From: Candidatus Sungiibacteriota bacterium | GTDB taxonomy: Bacteria > Patescibacteriota > Minisyncoccia > Sungbacterales > SURF-37 | Assembly: GCA_016186145.1 (NCBI GenBank) | Contig: JACPMF010000004.1 | Location: forward strand, 345 to 64,344 | Length of the DNA: 64,000 nt | Direction: 5' to 3' | Part shown: in pieces, positions 10,111 through 17,703 of the stretch | Layout of the letters: every line of letters begins with the position of its first letter | Position numbering within the stretch: position 1 is the first letter of the stretch | The notes under the pieces: generated by a model | Told to the model about the DNA's origin: nothing | The model's database searches: none | What the model saw: the letters and a program-made list of their open reading frames with translations, nothing else | Made by a program: the position numbers and the translations under genes

Positions 10111-10236
10111 TTCATCCGAAACCCCCTCTCGGTTTTGTCTCAAAAAAATTTTAAAAGAGCAACAATAAACTACTGTATAATAAGGATTCGCTGCTTAAAT
10201 TGCAATCATTAAAAAAACGGCATACAATGAAATCCT

Positions 10237-11985
10237 ATGGGTGTCAAATCTGATGCGGAACAACTATTTTTCAAGCTTTCCAGCACGCTCCAAGAACAAG
10301 CGCGCGAACCGAAAGAAATCAAGTTAATCAGCAACGCATACAACTTTGCGGTTATTGCGCATGACGGGCAAAACAGAAAATCAGGAGAACCTTACATCAT
10401 CCACCCTCTCGCCGTGGCAAACCGTCTTGCCGCGATGCGTCTTGACGCGGAAACAATCGCCGCCGGGCTTTTGCATGACGTCTGCGAAGACACCGCGGCG
10501 ACAATTCAGGATATTCAAAAAGAGTTCGGCGAGAACATCGCGTTTCTCGTGGACGGCGTCACAAAGTTAGGACTCCTCCGGTACCGCGGCAGCGAGCGCG
10601 GCGCGGAAAACCTAAGGAAGATGTTCCTCGCCGTAGCCGAAGACATCCGCGTCGTACTGATTAAGCTCGCGGACCGGCTGCATAATATGGAAACCCTCGA
10701 ACATGTCGCTCTCGAAAAACAAAAACGCATAGCAATTGAAACTCTCGAAATTTATGCGCCGCTTGCATATCGCCTCGGGATCGGAGAATTTAAAGGGCGG
10801 CTCGAAGACCTCGCGTTTCCCCACATCTACCCGGAAGAACACCGCTGGCTGGTACACCACGTCCAGGAAACTTTTGAAGACCGCAAGTTATACACCGAAC
10901 GCCTCATTCCCCAAATCGGCAGCGAGCTTCGTGAAGAAAAACTGACCCCCCTCGACATTCACGCCCGCGCCAAGCACCACTACTCTCTCTATAAAAAACT
11001 GCTCGCCCACGATATGGACCTGGGAAAAGTTTATGACTTGGTCGCCGTGCGGATAATCGTCAAAAATATGGAGGATTGCTATCGCGCCCTCGGGGTCATA
11101 CACGCCCGTTGGAAACCCCTCCCCGGGCGCATCAAAGACTATATTGCGATGCCAAAGCCGAACGGTTATCGATCGCTTCATACCACCATCTTTGGCCCGG
11201 AAGGAAAGATCACCGAAATCCAAATTCGAACACCGGACATGCACGAAGAAGCTGAAAACGGCATTGTCGCGCACTGGGCATACAGCGAGGCAAAGGTAAG
11301 ACCGGAGTTCAAAAAACGTAACGGCGAAAACACGCGAAGCAAAAACCTTGCCTGGGTAAAACAGCTTCGGGAATGGCAAAAAGAATTCCAAAATCCGGAC
11401 GAATTTCTCGAGTCCCTGAAAATCGATTTTTTCAAAGACCGGATTTTTGTTTTCACGCCGAAAGGCGACGTCATTGACCTTCCCGAAGAATCGACGCCGA
11501 TTGATTTTGCATACCAAATCCACTCGACCATTGGAGGCACTGCGATTGGGGCGAAAGTAAACGGCAAAATCGCAGCCCTCGATTACCGGCTCTCTTCGGG
11601 CGACATGGTCGAAATACTTACCCAAAAAAACAAGATACCAAGTCGCGATTGGCTCGGATTCGTCAAAACCGCATCGGCCAGAAAAAAAATAGCGTCCATC
11701 CTCCGAAGGCGGCGGGAAGAAATTTCATTTTCACAAAAAAGCGGCACGGCCGTTGAACTTCGGCTGACCGCAAAAGACAGAATAGGGCTCCTAAAAGATG
11801 TCGCGCGCGTGATTGCCGACCACCGGATCAACATGAAAAACATTTCATCGGAAACAAAAAACCGCCTCTTTCCGGCGATCACGATCCAAATTACTCCGCG
11901 CTCAAAACAATCTCTTGAAAAGCTGCTGGTCCGCCTGAAAGCAATAAAAGGGGTAGAGGAAGTCGAGTATAAACTACTTAGTTAA
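10237..11985 (+). CDS. spoT: RelA/SpoT (p)ppGpp synthetase-hydrolase (HD, SYNTH, TGS, ACT)
   Basis: RKSGEPYIIHP, LLHDVCED, KLADRLHNM, KPNGYRSLHT, EIQIRT, TGS FVFTPKG. Confidence 0.95.
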   Translation: MGVKSDAEQLFFKLSSTLQEQAREPKEIKLISNAYNFAVIAHDGQNRKSGEPYIIHPLAVANRLAAMRLDAETIAAGLLHDVCEDTAATIQDIQKEFGENIAFLVDGVTKLGLLRYRGSERGAENLRKMFLAVAEDIRVVLIKLADRLHNMETLEHVALEKQKRIAIETLEIYAPLAYRLGIGEFKGRLEDLAFPHIYPEEHRWLVHHVQETFEDRKLYTERLIPQIGSELREEKLTPLDIHARAKHHYSLYKKLLAHDMDLGKVYDLVAVRIIVKNMEDCYRALGVIHARWKPLPGRIKDYIAMPKPNGYRSLHTTIFGPEGKITEIQIRTPDMHEEAENGIVAHWAYSEAKVRPEFKKRNGENTRSKNLAWVKQLREWQKEFQNPDEFLESLKIDFFKDRIFVFTPKGDVIDLPEESTPIDFAYQIHSTIGGTAIGAKVNGKIAALDYRLSSGDMVEILTQKNKIPSRDWLGFVKTASARKKIASILRRRREEISFSQKSGTAVELRLTAKDRIGLLKDVARVIADHRINMKNISSETKNRLFPAITIQITPRSKQSLEKLLVRLKAIKGVEEVEYKLLS

Positions 11986-12043
11986 AACAAGCCGCATATA
12001 AAAATCTTTCATTAACGGCGATGTAACGAAAAAACCCGAACGA

Positions 12044-12206
12044 GCCATATCCTAAAATTTTCCATTGCAAAGATGTGAATACAAATTGACGAGCGAGCGA
12101 AACAAAATAACGGAAATTCGCTTATTTCGAATTTCCGTTATTCATTTTGTAAGGCTCGCGAGAATAATTTGCTCACATCGCTGCCTGGAAAATTTTAGGA
12201 TATGGC
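12044..12206. repeat. long imperfect palindrome (MITE-like) between convergent spoT and parB
   Basis: GCCATATCCTAAAATTTTCCA...TGGAAAATTTTAGGATATGGC arms with inner AATAACGGAAATTCG/CGAATTTCCGTTATT. Confidence 0.75.
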
Positions 12207-12209
12207 GAG

Positions 12210-13328
12210 TCAGACTTCTCTGATAATCTTCCCGAGAATTGCCTGCAACTCTTCTTCCGAATAAAACTCAACGACTATTTTTCCGCGGGATCCGTCTTTT
12301 TGTAAAAGCACCTTGGTGCCAAGCGTTTCTTCAAGACGCGACTGCGCCACGCGTATTTCCGGGTCCATAAACATGGCATTCCGGCGCTTTGTAGGGCGGC
12401 GGGCGCCCAAGATGGCGCGAGTGGCAAGTTCTACATCCCGGACCGAAAGATTATTTGCTAGAGTCTCTTCAAAAAGCTTTGCCTGGTTTTCAGGAAGATC
12501 CTGAAGAGTCAAAAGCGCCCTTGCGTGACCTTCGGTTATGAGCCCGCCCCCCACCGCTTCTTGAATATTCCCGGGCAACGCCACCAAACGCACCGCATTT
12601 GCGACATATTCACGGGATTTACCAATACGCTCGCCCACCTGTTTATGGGTCAATTTGAATTCTTCAGAAAGCTGTTTGAACGCCTTGGCCCGTTCTATCG
12701 GATTAAGATCTTCGCGCTGAACATTTTCAATCAGAGCCAATTCCAACTTCTGCCGCTCCGGCGTCTGTCCGCGTTTGATTATGGAGGGAATCTCACGAAG
12801 CCCAGCCATAACTGACGCCCGCCATCTCCGCTCCCCAGCTATAATTTGATAGCGAACATCGAAGCCGCGCGGGGTTTCGAGCTCAACTTTCGATACCACA
12901 ATGGGCTGGAGTACGCCATGAACTTTTATTGAGTCAGCAAGGCTTTTTAGCGCCTCAATATCAAATTCCCGGCGCGGCTGAAAAGGATTTGGTTCTATTT
13001 TATCGATATCAATCCAGAAAACGCTCTCGCCTTTCGACCGGGCAAATTTCATTTCTTGATCGTAAGGGCCAACCGGAACCCCTGCCGGTATCTGTTGATT
13101 TAAAACTGGTTCTTGTTTAGGAAGAGTGTCGGCAACTGCAAAAACCGCGGGTTTTTGTTCTCCGGCCGGATCACCCGCATGCATAATTTTATAACTCGGC
13201 TCCAAAAGGTTTTCCTGCTCGCCAAGGACATCAAGCGGCTCTTTAATTACATAGCCGTTGAGTTCAGCACCCAATGGATTTAAATTGCCTTCAAAATTGT
13301 GTTGATTGTCGCTCGACATATCTACCAC
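12210..13328 (-). CDS. parB: ParB/Spo0J partition protein with long N-terminal extension
   Basis: PNPFQPRREF, GVLQPIVV, IIAGERRWRA, ALIENVQREDLNPIE. Confidence 0.93.
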   Translation of the reverse strand: MVDMSSDNQHNFEGNLNPLGAELNGYVIKEPLDVLGEQENLLEPSYKIMHAGDPAGEQKPAVFAVADTLPKQEPVLNQQIPAGVPVGPYDQEMKFARSKGESVFWIDIDKIEPNPFQPRREFDIEALKSLADSIKVHGVLQPIVVSKVELETPRGFDVRYQIIAGERRWRASVMAGLREIPSIIKRGQTPERQKLELALIENVQREDLNPIERAKAFKQLSEEFKLTHKQVGERIGKSREYVANAVRLVALPGNIQEAVGGGLITEGHARALLTLQDLPENQAKLFEETLANNLSVRDVELATRAILGARRPTKRRNAMFMDPEIRVAQSRLEETLGTKVLLQKDGSRGKIVVEFYSEEELQAILGKIIREV

Positions 13329-13407
13329 AGCTTAAGATATTTTTTAAAAACGCGCAAGATGAGGTGTTGAAAACAGTAACTTTTTAATTTATAGTTGCAT
13401 GAGATCA

Positions 13408-13491
13408 GGGCATGTGGCGGAACTGGTTTACGCGCACGACTCAAAATCGTGTGGCCTCACGGCCGTGTGGGTTCGACTCCCACCATGCCCA
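13408..13491 (+). tRNA. tRNA-Leu(CAA)
   Basis: GGGCATG/CATGCCC acceptor, CACGA-CTCAAAA-TCGTG anticodon arm, long variable arm, GTGGG-TTCGACT-CCCAC. Confidence 0.95.
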
Positions 13492-14200
13492 TTTTGTACC
13501 CAAAACGAAACTAACATTTAAAGAATTCGAATGGACGCCGCAACTTGCTTATGTTGTAGGACTTTTAGTAACCGACGGTAATTTATCTAGTGACGGTCGA
13601 CATATAATAATGCGCTCGTCAGATGTAGAATTGTTGAACACTTTCAAAAATTGCCTTAATATCAATAACAGAATTGGAAGAACACAAAACGGCAAAACGA
13701 TTTCTTATAGAGTACAATTCGGAAGTATACAATTTTACAACTGGCTGAAGAAGATAGGACTATTCCCCGCAAAAAGTTACACGATCGGTGAAATAGATAT
13801 TCCAGATAAATTTTTTAGAGATTATCTTCGTGGATGTATAGACGGCGATGGCAATATTTGTACGTACAAAGATTTATATAACGTATATAAAGGAAGAAAA
13901 TACGTCACTCAGCGACTATTTATAAAAATTGTGTCTGCAAGTAAAAAACATATCGTTTGGCTTCGGAATAAAATTACTGCCCTTAACGGCAGTAACGGAG
14001 CAATAATTAAAGACAGCCCGGCAGATAAACAACGGGTTCCAATGTGGATACTGAAATTTGCCAAAAAGGAATCACTACGGCTTCTCAGTTGGATTTACTA
14101 TCAACCAGACATCCCTTGCCTTGAACGTAAACATATGACAGCTGTGTATGCCATCGAAGAGATTAGCAAACAAAAACGGCGTGTATATTCTAGAATATAA
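13412..14200 (+). CDS. LAGLIDADG-family homing endonuclease-like protein
   Basis: Two motifs AYVVGLLVTDGN and YLRGCIDGDG; AT-rich; in-frame starts ahead of motif 1 lie within tRNA-Leu. Confidence 0.8.
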   Translation: MWRNWFTRTTQNRVASRPCGFDSHHAHFVPKTKLTFKEFEWTPQLAYVVGLLVTDGNLSSDGRHIIMRSSDVELLNTFKNCLNINNRIGRTQNGKTISYRVQFGSIQFYNWLKKIGLFPAKSYTIGEIDIPDKFFRDYLRGCIDGDGNICTYKDLYNVYKGRKYVTQRLFIKIVSASKKHIVWLRNKITALNGSNGAIIKDSPADKQRVPMWILKFAKKESLRLLSWIYYQPDIPCLERKHMTAVYAIEEISKQKRRVYSRI

Positions 14201-14205
14201 ACACT

Positions 14206-14245
14206 TGAAGGCAACCTCGTGAGAGTTCAACTCTCTCCCGCGGCA
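14206..14245 (+). pseudogene. orphan 3' half of a type-II (Leu-like) tRNA
   Basis: GAAGGCAACCTC variable arm, GAGAG-TTCAACT-CTCTC T arm, CCGCGGC-A acceptor strand; no matching GCCGCGG 5' half nearby. Confidence 0.7.
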
Positions 14246-14259
14246 TTACGAACCTACTT

Positions 14260-14283
14260 AAACCCCGGCAAAGGCCGGGGTTT
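14260..14283. terminator. bidirectional hairpin terminator
   Basis: AAACCCCGGC-AAAG-GCCGGGGTTT. Confidence 0.7.
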
Positions 14284-14592
14284 AAAATTTACCCTTTTAA
14301 ACAGGTTTTGGGCAAACGCAATAAAATAATGGGCGCGTCTGGATTCGAACCAGAGTTCCCGGGTGTAGAACTGCGCAGCCGCTTCGCGGCTTGCTCGTTA
14401 CACCCGCGAAAAGTCACCGCACCATCCCGAACAAATTGAGGTTAGGGTGCGCGATCCCGTACTTCCGCGATACTGACTCTGTACCATTACGGGTCAGCAG
14501 TTCGGGAGATGCGGGATCTGCGCCAACTTCTCGCTCCCTCTGGTCGCGGAAGTTGCGGGACTATTTAAACGCTTTTCGCCCTTCTCAATTCA

Positions 14593-14702
14593 TCCCGTTG
14601 GATTTTATAAAAATGGGCACTGCAGGGATCGGACCTGCGGCCTTCACAATGTCAATGTGACGCTCTACCACTGAGCTAAGTGCCCTAGAAAATCTAACGG
14701 GA
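14593..14702. mobile_element. CCCGTTAGA-family element, copy E3, carrying a complete tRNA-Val
   Basis: TCCCGTTGGATTTT / AAAATCTAACGGGA arms; flanks TTCA and TGTCA. Confidence 0.75.
14614..14685 (-). tRNA. tRNA-Val(GAC), intact, nested
   Basis: GGGCACT TA GCTC AGTGGTA GAGC G TCACA TTGACAT TGTGA AGGCC GCAGG TCCGATC CCTGC AGTGCCC A. Confidence 0.93.
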
Positions 14703-14865
14703 TGTCAACGAGACGCTCTAACCGGCCTCGGCTACGCGCCCTTAAAACGAATCGGACGATGCTGAACGACGTTAGAACCTACTTTCAGGGTATCAAAAAC
14801 TACGAAATGTTTCCAGATTTCAGCAGGATTTCAAAATAAAATCGGCTCTTTATGGAAGCCGATCT

Positions 14866-15456
14866 CTAACTTTCTGCTTTGGTAAGCAGTAATTGATAAG
14901 TTTCGCGACGATTGTCGTCGACTTTTCGGGGCAGGAACGGCAAGGCTTTTTCGTAAGTTTGTGCCAGGCTGCCATTTGCGTTCGAATACATCCGATCAAA
15001 TCTTTGGATAATCTCATGTGCAACGCTTTGAATAAGCGGCATCCGTGAAGAACGGTATCTGCTTCCGAATTTTGATGTCCACGCAGGCCCCTGCGTGTTT
15101 CTGATATTTTCCTTGAGTTTCGGGAAATCAGTTTCTCCCTCCATATTGATAAGGAGCGGTGCTTGTTCGTAGCAAAATGGCATTGAGGGTTGCCATCTGG
15201 CTTCCACGACATTTTCATGCACTAAAAGTTTAACTGAAGGGGAAAGATATACCAATCTCGTGCCTGCTTTTCCGCCTTGGGCAAAAGCGAAGCGACAACC
15301 TTCAATTTCACGGATCCTTTTTGGGTGCATGATATTCCTTCCATGGCAGCCAGTAAGCCCGAAGCTGCCAAATTCCCAAAATGGATCACGTCGCGTATCG
15401 TTCGGATCATTCAACCGCGGCCTTCTCAGGTGGATAAGTATGACCTTGTCTTTCAC
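14866..15456 (-). CDS. hypothetical protein
   Basis: 196-aa ORF, GTG start with GGAGG SD; DPFWEFGSFGLTGCH segment; family not recognised. Confidence 0.65.
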   Translation of the reverse strand: MKDKVILIHLRRPRLNDPNDTRRDPFWEFGSFGLTGCHGRNIMHPKRIREIEGCRFAFAQGGKAGTRLVYLSPSVKLLVHENVVEARWQPSMPFCYEQAPLLINMEGETDFPKLKENIRNTQGPAWTSKFGSRYRSSRMPLIQSVAHEIIQRFDRMYSNANGSLAQTYEKALPFLPRKVDDNRRETYQLLLTKAES

Positions 15457-15609
15457 TTAAACCTCCACAATCACAATAAAGACCTGCCCGGATTCTATGG
15501 TGGACAGAGAGCGATTGTCAATATCACACACCCTGCCGCGTCATTCCTATTTCTGGATAGATTCTCTCACCTCTCTCACAAAAAACAGCCCCATAAAATA
15601 AGGCTGCTT

Positions 15610-15849
15610 TTATGACAAAAAATGTCTTTTCAAGAACGCCCTGCCGGAGCCTGATTTTAGATATTTTTCGAAATTGAAAGCAACATATTTATTTTGAAAA
15701 GCGAAATAAGAAATTAATTTGATCGGCAATCTATTTTTTGTGGCTGGAACTTGCGCTTTATTATGTCTTACGATTCTGTCTTTTAGATCAGAAGTACATC
15801 CAATATAAAATCTTCTATCACAACATTCTAAAATATAGACATAGTTCAT
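15610..15849 (-). CDS. small GIY-YIG nuclease (UPF0213-like)
   Basis: YVYIL...FYIGCTSDL..R...HN...FEKYLKSGSGR. Confidence 0.9.
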   Translation of the reverse strand: MNYVYILECCDRRFYIGCTSDLKDRIVRHNKAQVPATKNRLPIKLISYFAFQNKYVAFNFEKYLKSGSGRAFLKRHFLS

Positions 15850-15927
15850 AATAACGGGTTTTACCTCGCCGAAGCCAAGCCGAGTCCCGCCTTCGTTTTG
15901 CGGAGCAAAACTTCGGCGAGGCGAAGG

Positions 15928-15998
15928 CGGGAGTGGCAGGAGTCGAACCTGCAGTCACGGTTTTGGAGACCGTTGGTTTGCCATTAACCGACACTCCC
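15928..15998 (-). tRNA. tRNA-Trp(CCA)
   Basis: GGGAGTG/CACTCCC acceptor, ACGGT-CTCCAAA-ACCGT, GCAGG-TTCGACT-CCTGC. Confidence 0.95.
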
Positions 15999-16014
15999 AC
16001 AAAAAAACGAGAGA

Positions 16015-16173
16015 TCATTTTTTCGTTTCTTTGTGACCGGTGTGTTTTCTGCACCAATTGCAAAATTTCTTCAGCTCAATCTTTTTCTCGACCGTTTTCT
16101 TGTTCTTGCGCGACCAGTAATTAACGCGCTTGCACTTCGTGCATTGCAACTTTATTAAATTTGGTTGCGGCAT
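16015..16173 (-). CDS. rpmG: 50S ribosomal protein L33 (Zn-binding type)
   Basis: MPQPNLIKLQCTKC...NY...KIELKKFCNWCRKHT.HKE; between tRNA-Thr and tRNA-Trp. Confidence 0.95.
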   Translation of the reverse strand: MPQPNLIKLQCTKCKRVNYWSRKNKKTVEKKIELKKFCNWCRKHTGHKETKK

Positions 16174-16239
16174 ATTTTTATCTCTTTCAGCTAAACGCAA
16201 AATTAAAAACTAAAATGCGAAACTGACTAAAAGAAATCC

Positions 16240-16479
16240 TTATCTAGTTCTTTTCAGGAGTTTTAAAAACTCTTTTACTGAAAATTTTGCTTGCTTCAAA
16301 ATTTCATTCAATAACCACCGGGGTATATCAGCATTGTGATAAGGAATCGTGGTTTGGCGAGTTACATCACGAAAGTGTTGCAAACGAATATGACTTCCGC
16401 CCTGTCTTACAATTTTAAATCCCGCCTTAAGCAGGACACGAAGCAACGCTCTTGAGCTTATCATCGGCAAAATGCTCAT
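16240..16479 (-). CDS. hicA: HicA family toxin
   Basis: GF..VRQGGSHIRL...TTIPYH...ILKQA. Confidence 0.9.
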   Translation of the reverse strand: MSILPMISSRALLRVLLKAGFKIVRQGGSHIRLQHFRDVTRQTTIPYHNADIPRWLLNEILKQAKFSVKEFLKLLKRTR

Positions 16480-16754
16480 GGAACTGGCGCAAACAACCTT
16501 GATTTTGGCAGTCTGCCTACCGCCTTTCTCGTTTCATCAACAACGATTTTTCCATCTTCTATCACGCAGTCGCAATAAATTTCTATAGCGTCCTTGGCCA
16601 TTTTTTTTGCTTCAGTAAGCGTTTTTCCAAACGTTGCTACTTCGGGAAGAGAAATTCCCTTCACAAGGTAAACTCCTTCTTTAGCATCACGCCAAATAAG
16701 CACCTTGTAAGTACCATTTCGCGTCTGGATGGTAAATTCCCTTTTATTTTTCAT
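16476..16754 (-). CDS. hicB: HicB family antitoxin
   Basis: LPEVATFGKTLTEAKKMAKDAIEIY; overlaps hicA start by 4 nt. Confidence 0.88.
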   Translation of the reverse strand: MKNKREFTIQTRNGTYKVLIWRDAKEGVYLVKGISLPEVATFGKTLTEAKKMAKDAIEIYCDCVIEDGKIVVDETRKAVGRLPKSRLFAPVP

Positions 16755-16856
16755 GTGTATACAATAACAAACCTTACCGGATTATTCAATCGTTCGTTCA
16801 TCTACAAACCGTGGGCTTATGATTTTGAGTCGGCAGGTTACACACTTACGTTTTTT

Positions 16857-16928
16857 AGCCTAGGGGGAGGATCGAACTCCCGACCTACTACTTACCATGC
16901 AGTTGCTCTACCACTGAGCTACCTAGGC
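16857..16928 (-). tRNA. tRNA-Thr(GGT)
   Basis: GCCTAGG/CCTAGGC acceptor, ACTGC-ATGGTAA-GTAGT, GGGAG-TTCGATC-CTCCC. Confidence 0.93.
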
Positions 16929-17505
16929 AATAATTCACAAGTATATTCCGAAGTTTTGTGTTATTAAAATAAACAGTCATAACACCATATTTTGTTTTCT
17001 CTCTGTAAGTTCCAATACTCCTAGCCGGAGTAATTGTTGGTTTCATAAACTGTTTTCTGCCAACACCTAATTGATTCTGCCAAAATACTATAGCATGATT
17101 TGGCTTAATATCGCTAAAAATTTGTAAGCCAAATTTTAATTTCGCCTTAGAAACACCACAGCATCTATGCAAAAACTTAATAAATATTTTAATTAGTGCT
17201 GGGTCTGTATTTCCAAGCCGTACCTGATTTTTACTCTTTTTACTTCCTTCACCCCAGTATAGTCCGACGCCGAGTCCAAATAATTTTGCATCTTCTAAGG
17301 TTGTGGGGATACGAATAATAAACGGGTCTCCCTTCGGATTATGCTTTATATACATTGCCTGAGAGATTGATCGTTTTTTAATTTTATGTTTCGCAAACCA
17401 GTAATTAACCTTGTGTTCTGAGCACTTAAGAAAAGAGGCGATTTCATGAACAGATTTTTTGTCGGCTTCATAAAGTTTTTTCAATTGTTTTGCCGGAAAC
17501 GACAT
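16888..17505 (-). CDS. single-motif LAGLIDADG-like protein with N-terminal HTH
   Basis: GVGLYWGEGSK...LGNTDPALIKIFIKFL; AT-rich; stop codon lies inside tRNA-Thr. Confidence 0.7.
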   Translation of the reverse strand: MSFPAKQLKKLYEADKKSVHEIASFLKCSEHKVNYWFAKHKIKKRSISQAMYIKHNPKGDPFIIRIPTTLEDAKLFGLGVGLYWGEGSKKSKNQVRLGNTDPALIKIFIKFLHRCCGVSKAKLKFGLQIFSDIKPNHAIVFWQNQLGVGRKQFMKPTITPARSIGTYREKTKYGVMTVYFNNTKLRNILVNYCLGSSVVEQLHGK

Positions 17506-17566
17506 TAACTTAATTATAAACCATACATTAAGGTGGTCAACAACAACCTTTAAAAGGTACTACTTA

Positions 17567-17650
17567 TGCCGAGGGTGGGATTTGAACCCACAAGTCCTTG
17601 CGGACACAGACTTCTAAGGCCTGCGCGTATTCCATTTCCGCCACCTCGGC
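17567..17650 (-). tRNA. tRNA-Leu(TAG)
   Basis: GCCGAGG/CCTCGGC acceptor, CAGGC-CTTAGAA-GTCTG, GTCCGCAAGGAC variable arm. Confidence 0.95.
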
Positions 17651-17703
17651 AAATTTCAACAGATACTTATACCATTCCGCCAGCCGCCCGCCGTAAACGA
17701 ATT

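Larger units (their letters stand above)
14330..14741 (-). pseudogene. outer, doubly interrupted tRNA-Val(GAC)
   Basis: 5' part 14741-14703 GGGCGCG..TCTCG-TTGACA; middle 14588-14580 T-TGAGA-AGG; 3' part 14356-14330 AC-TCTGG-TTCGAAT-CCAGA-CGCGCCC-A; D stem has two mismatches. Confidence 0.75.

Noticed and set aside
14750-14840. Short plus-strand frame RTMLNDVRTYFQ… resembling C-terminal tails of tRNA-associated recombinase remnants
   Set aside because: Too short and no catalytic domain, so it cannot be supported.
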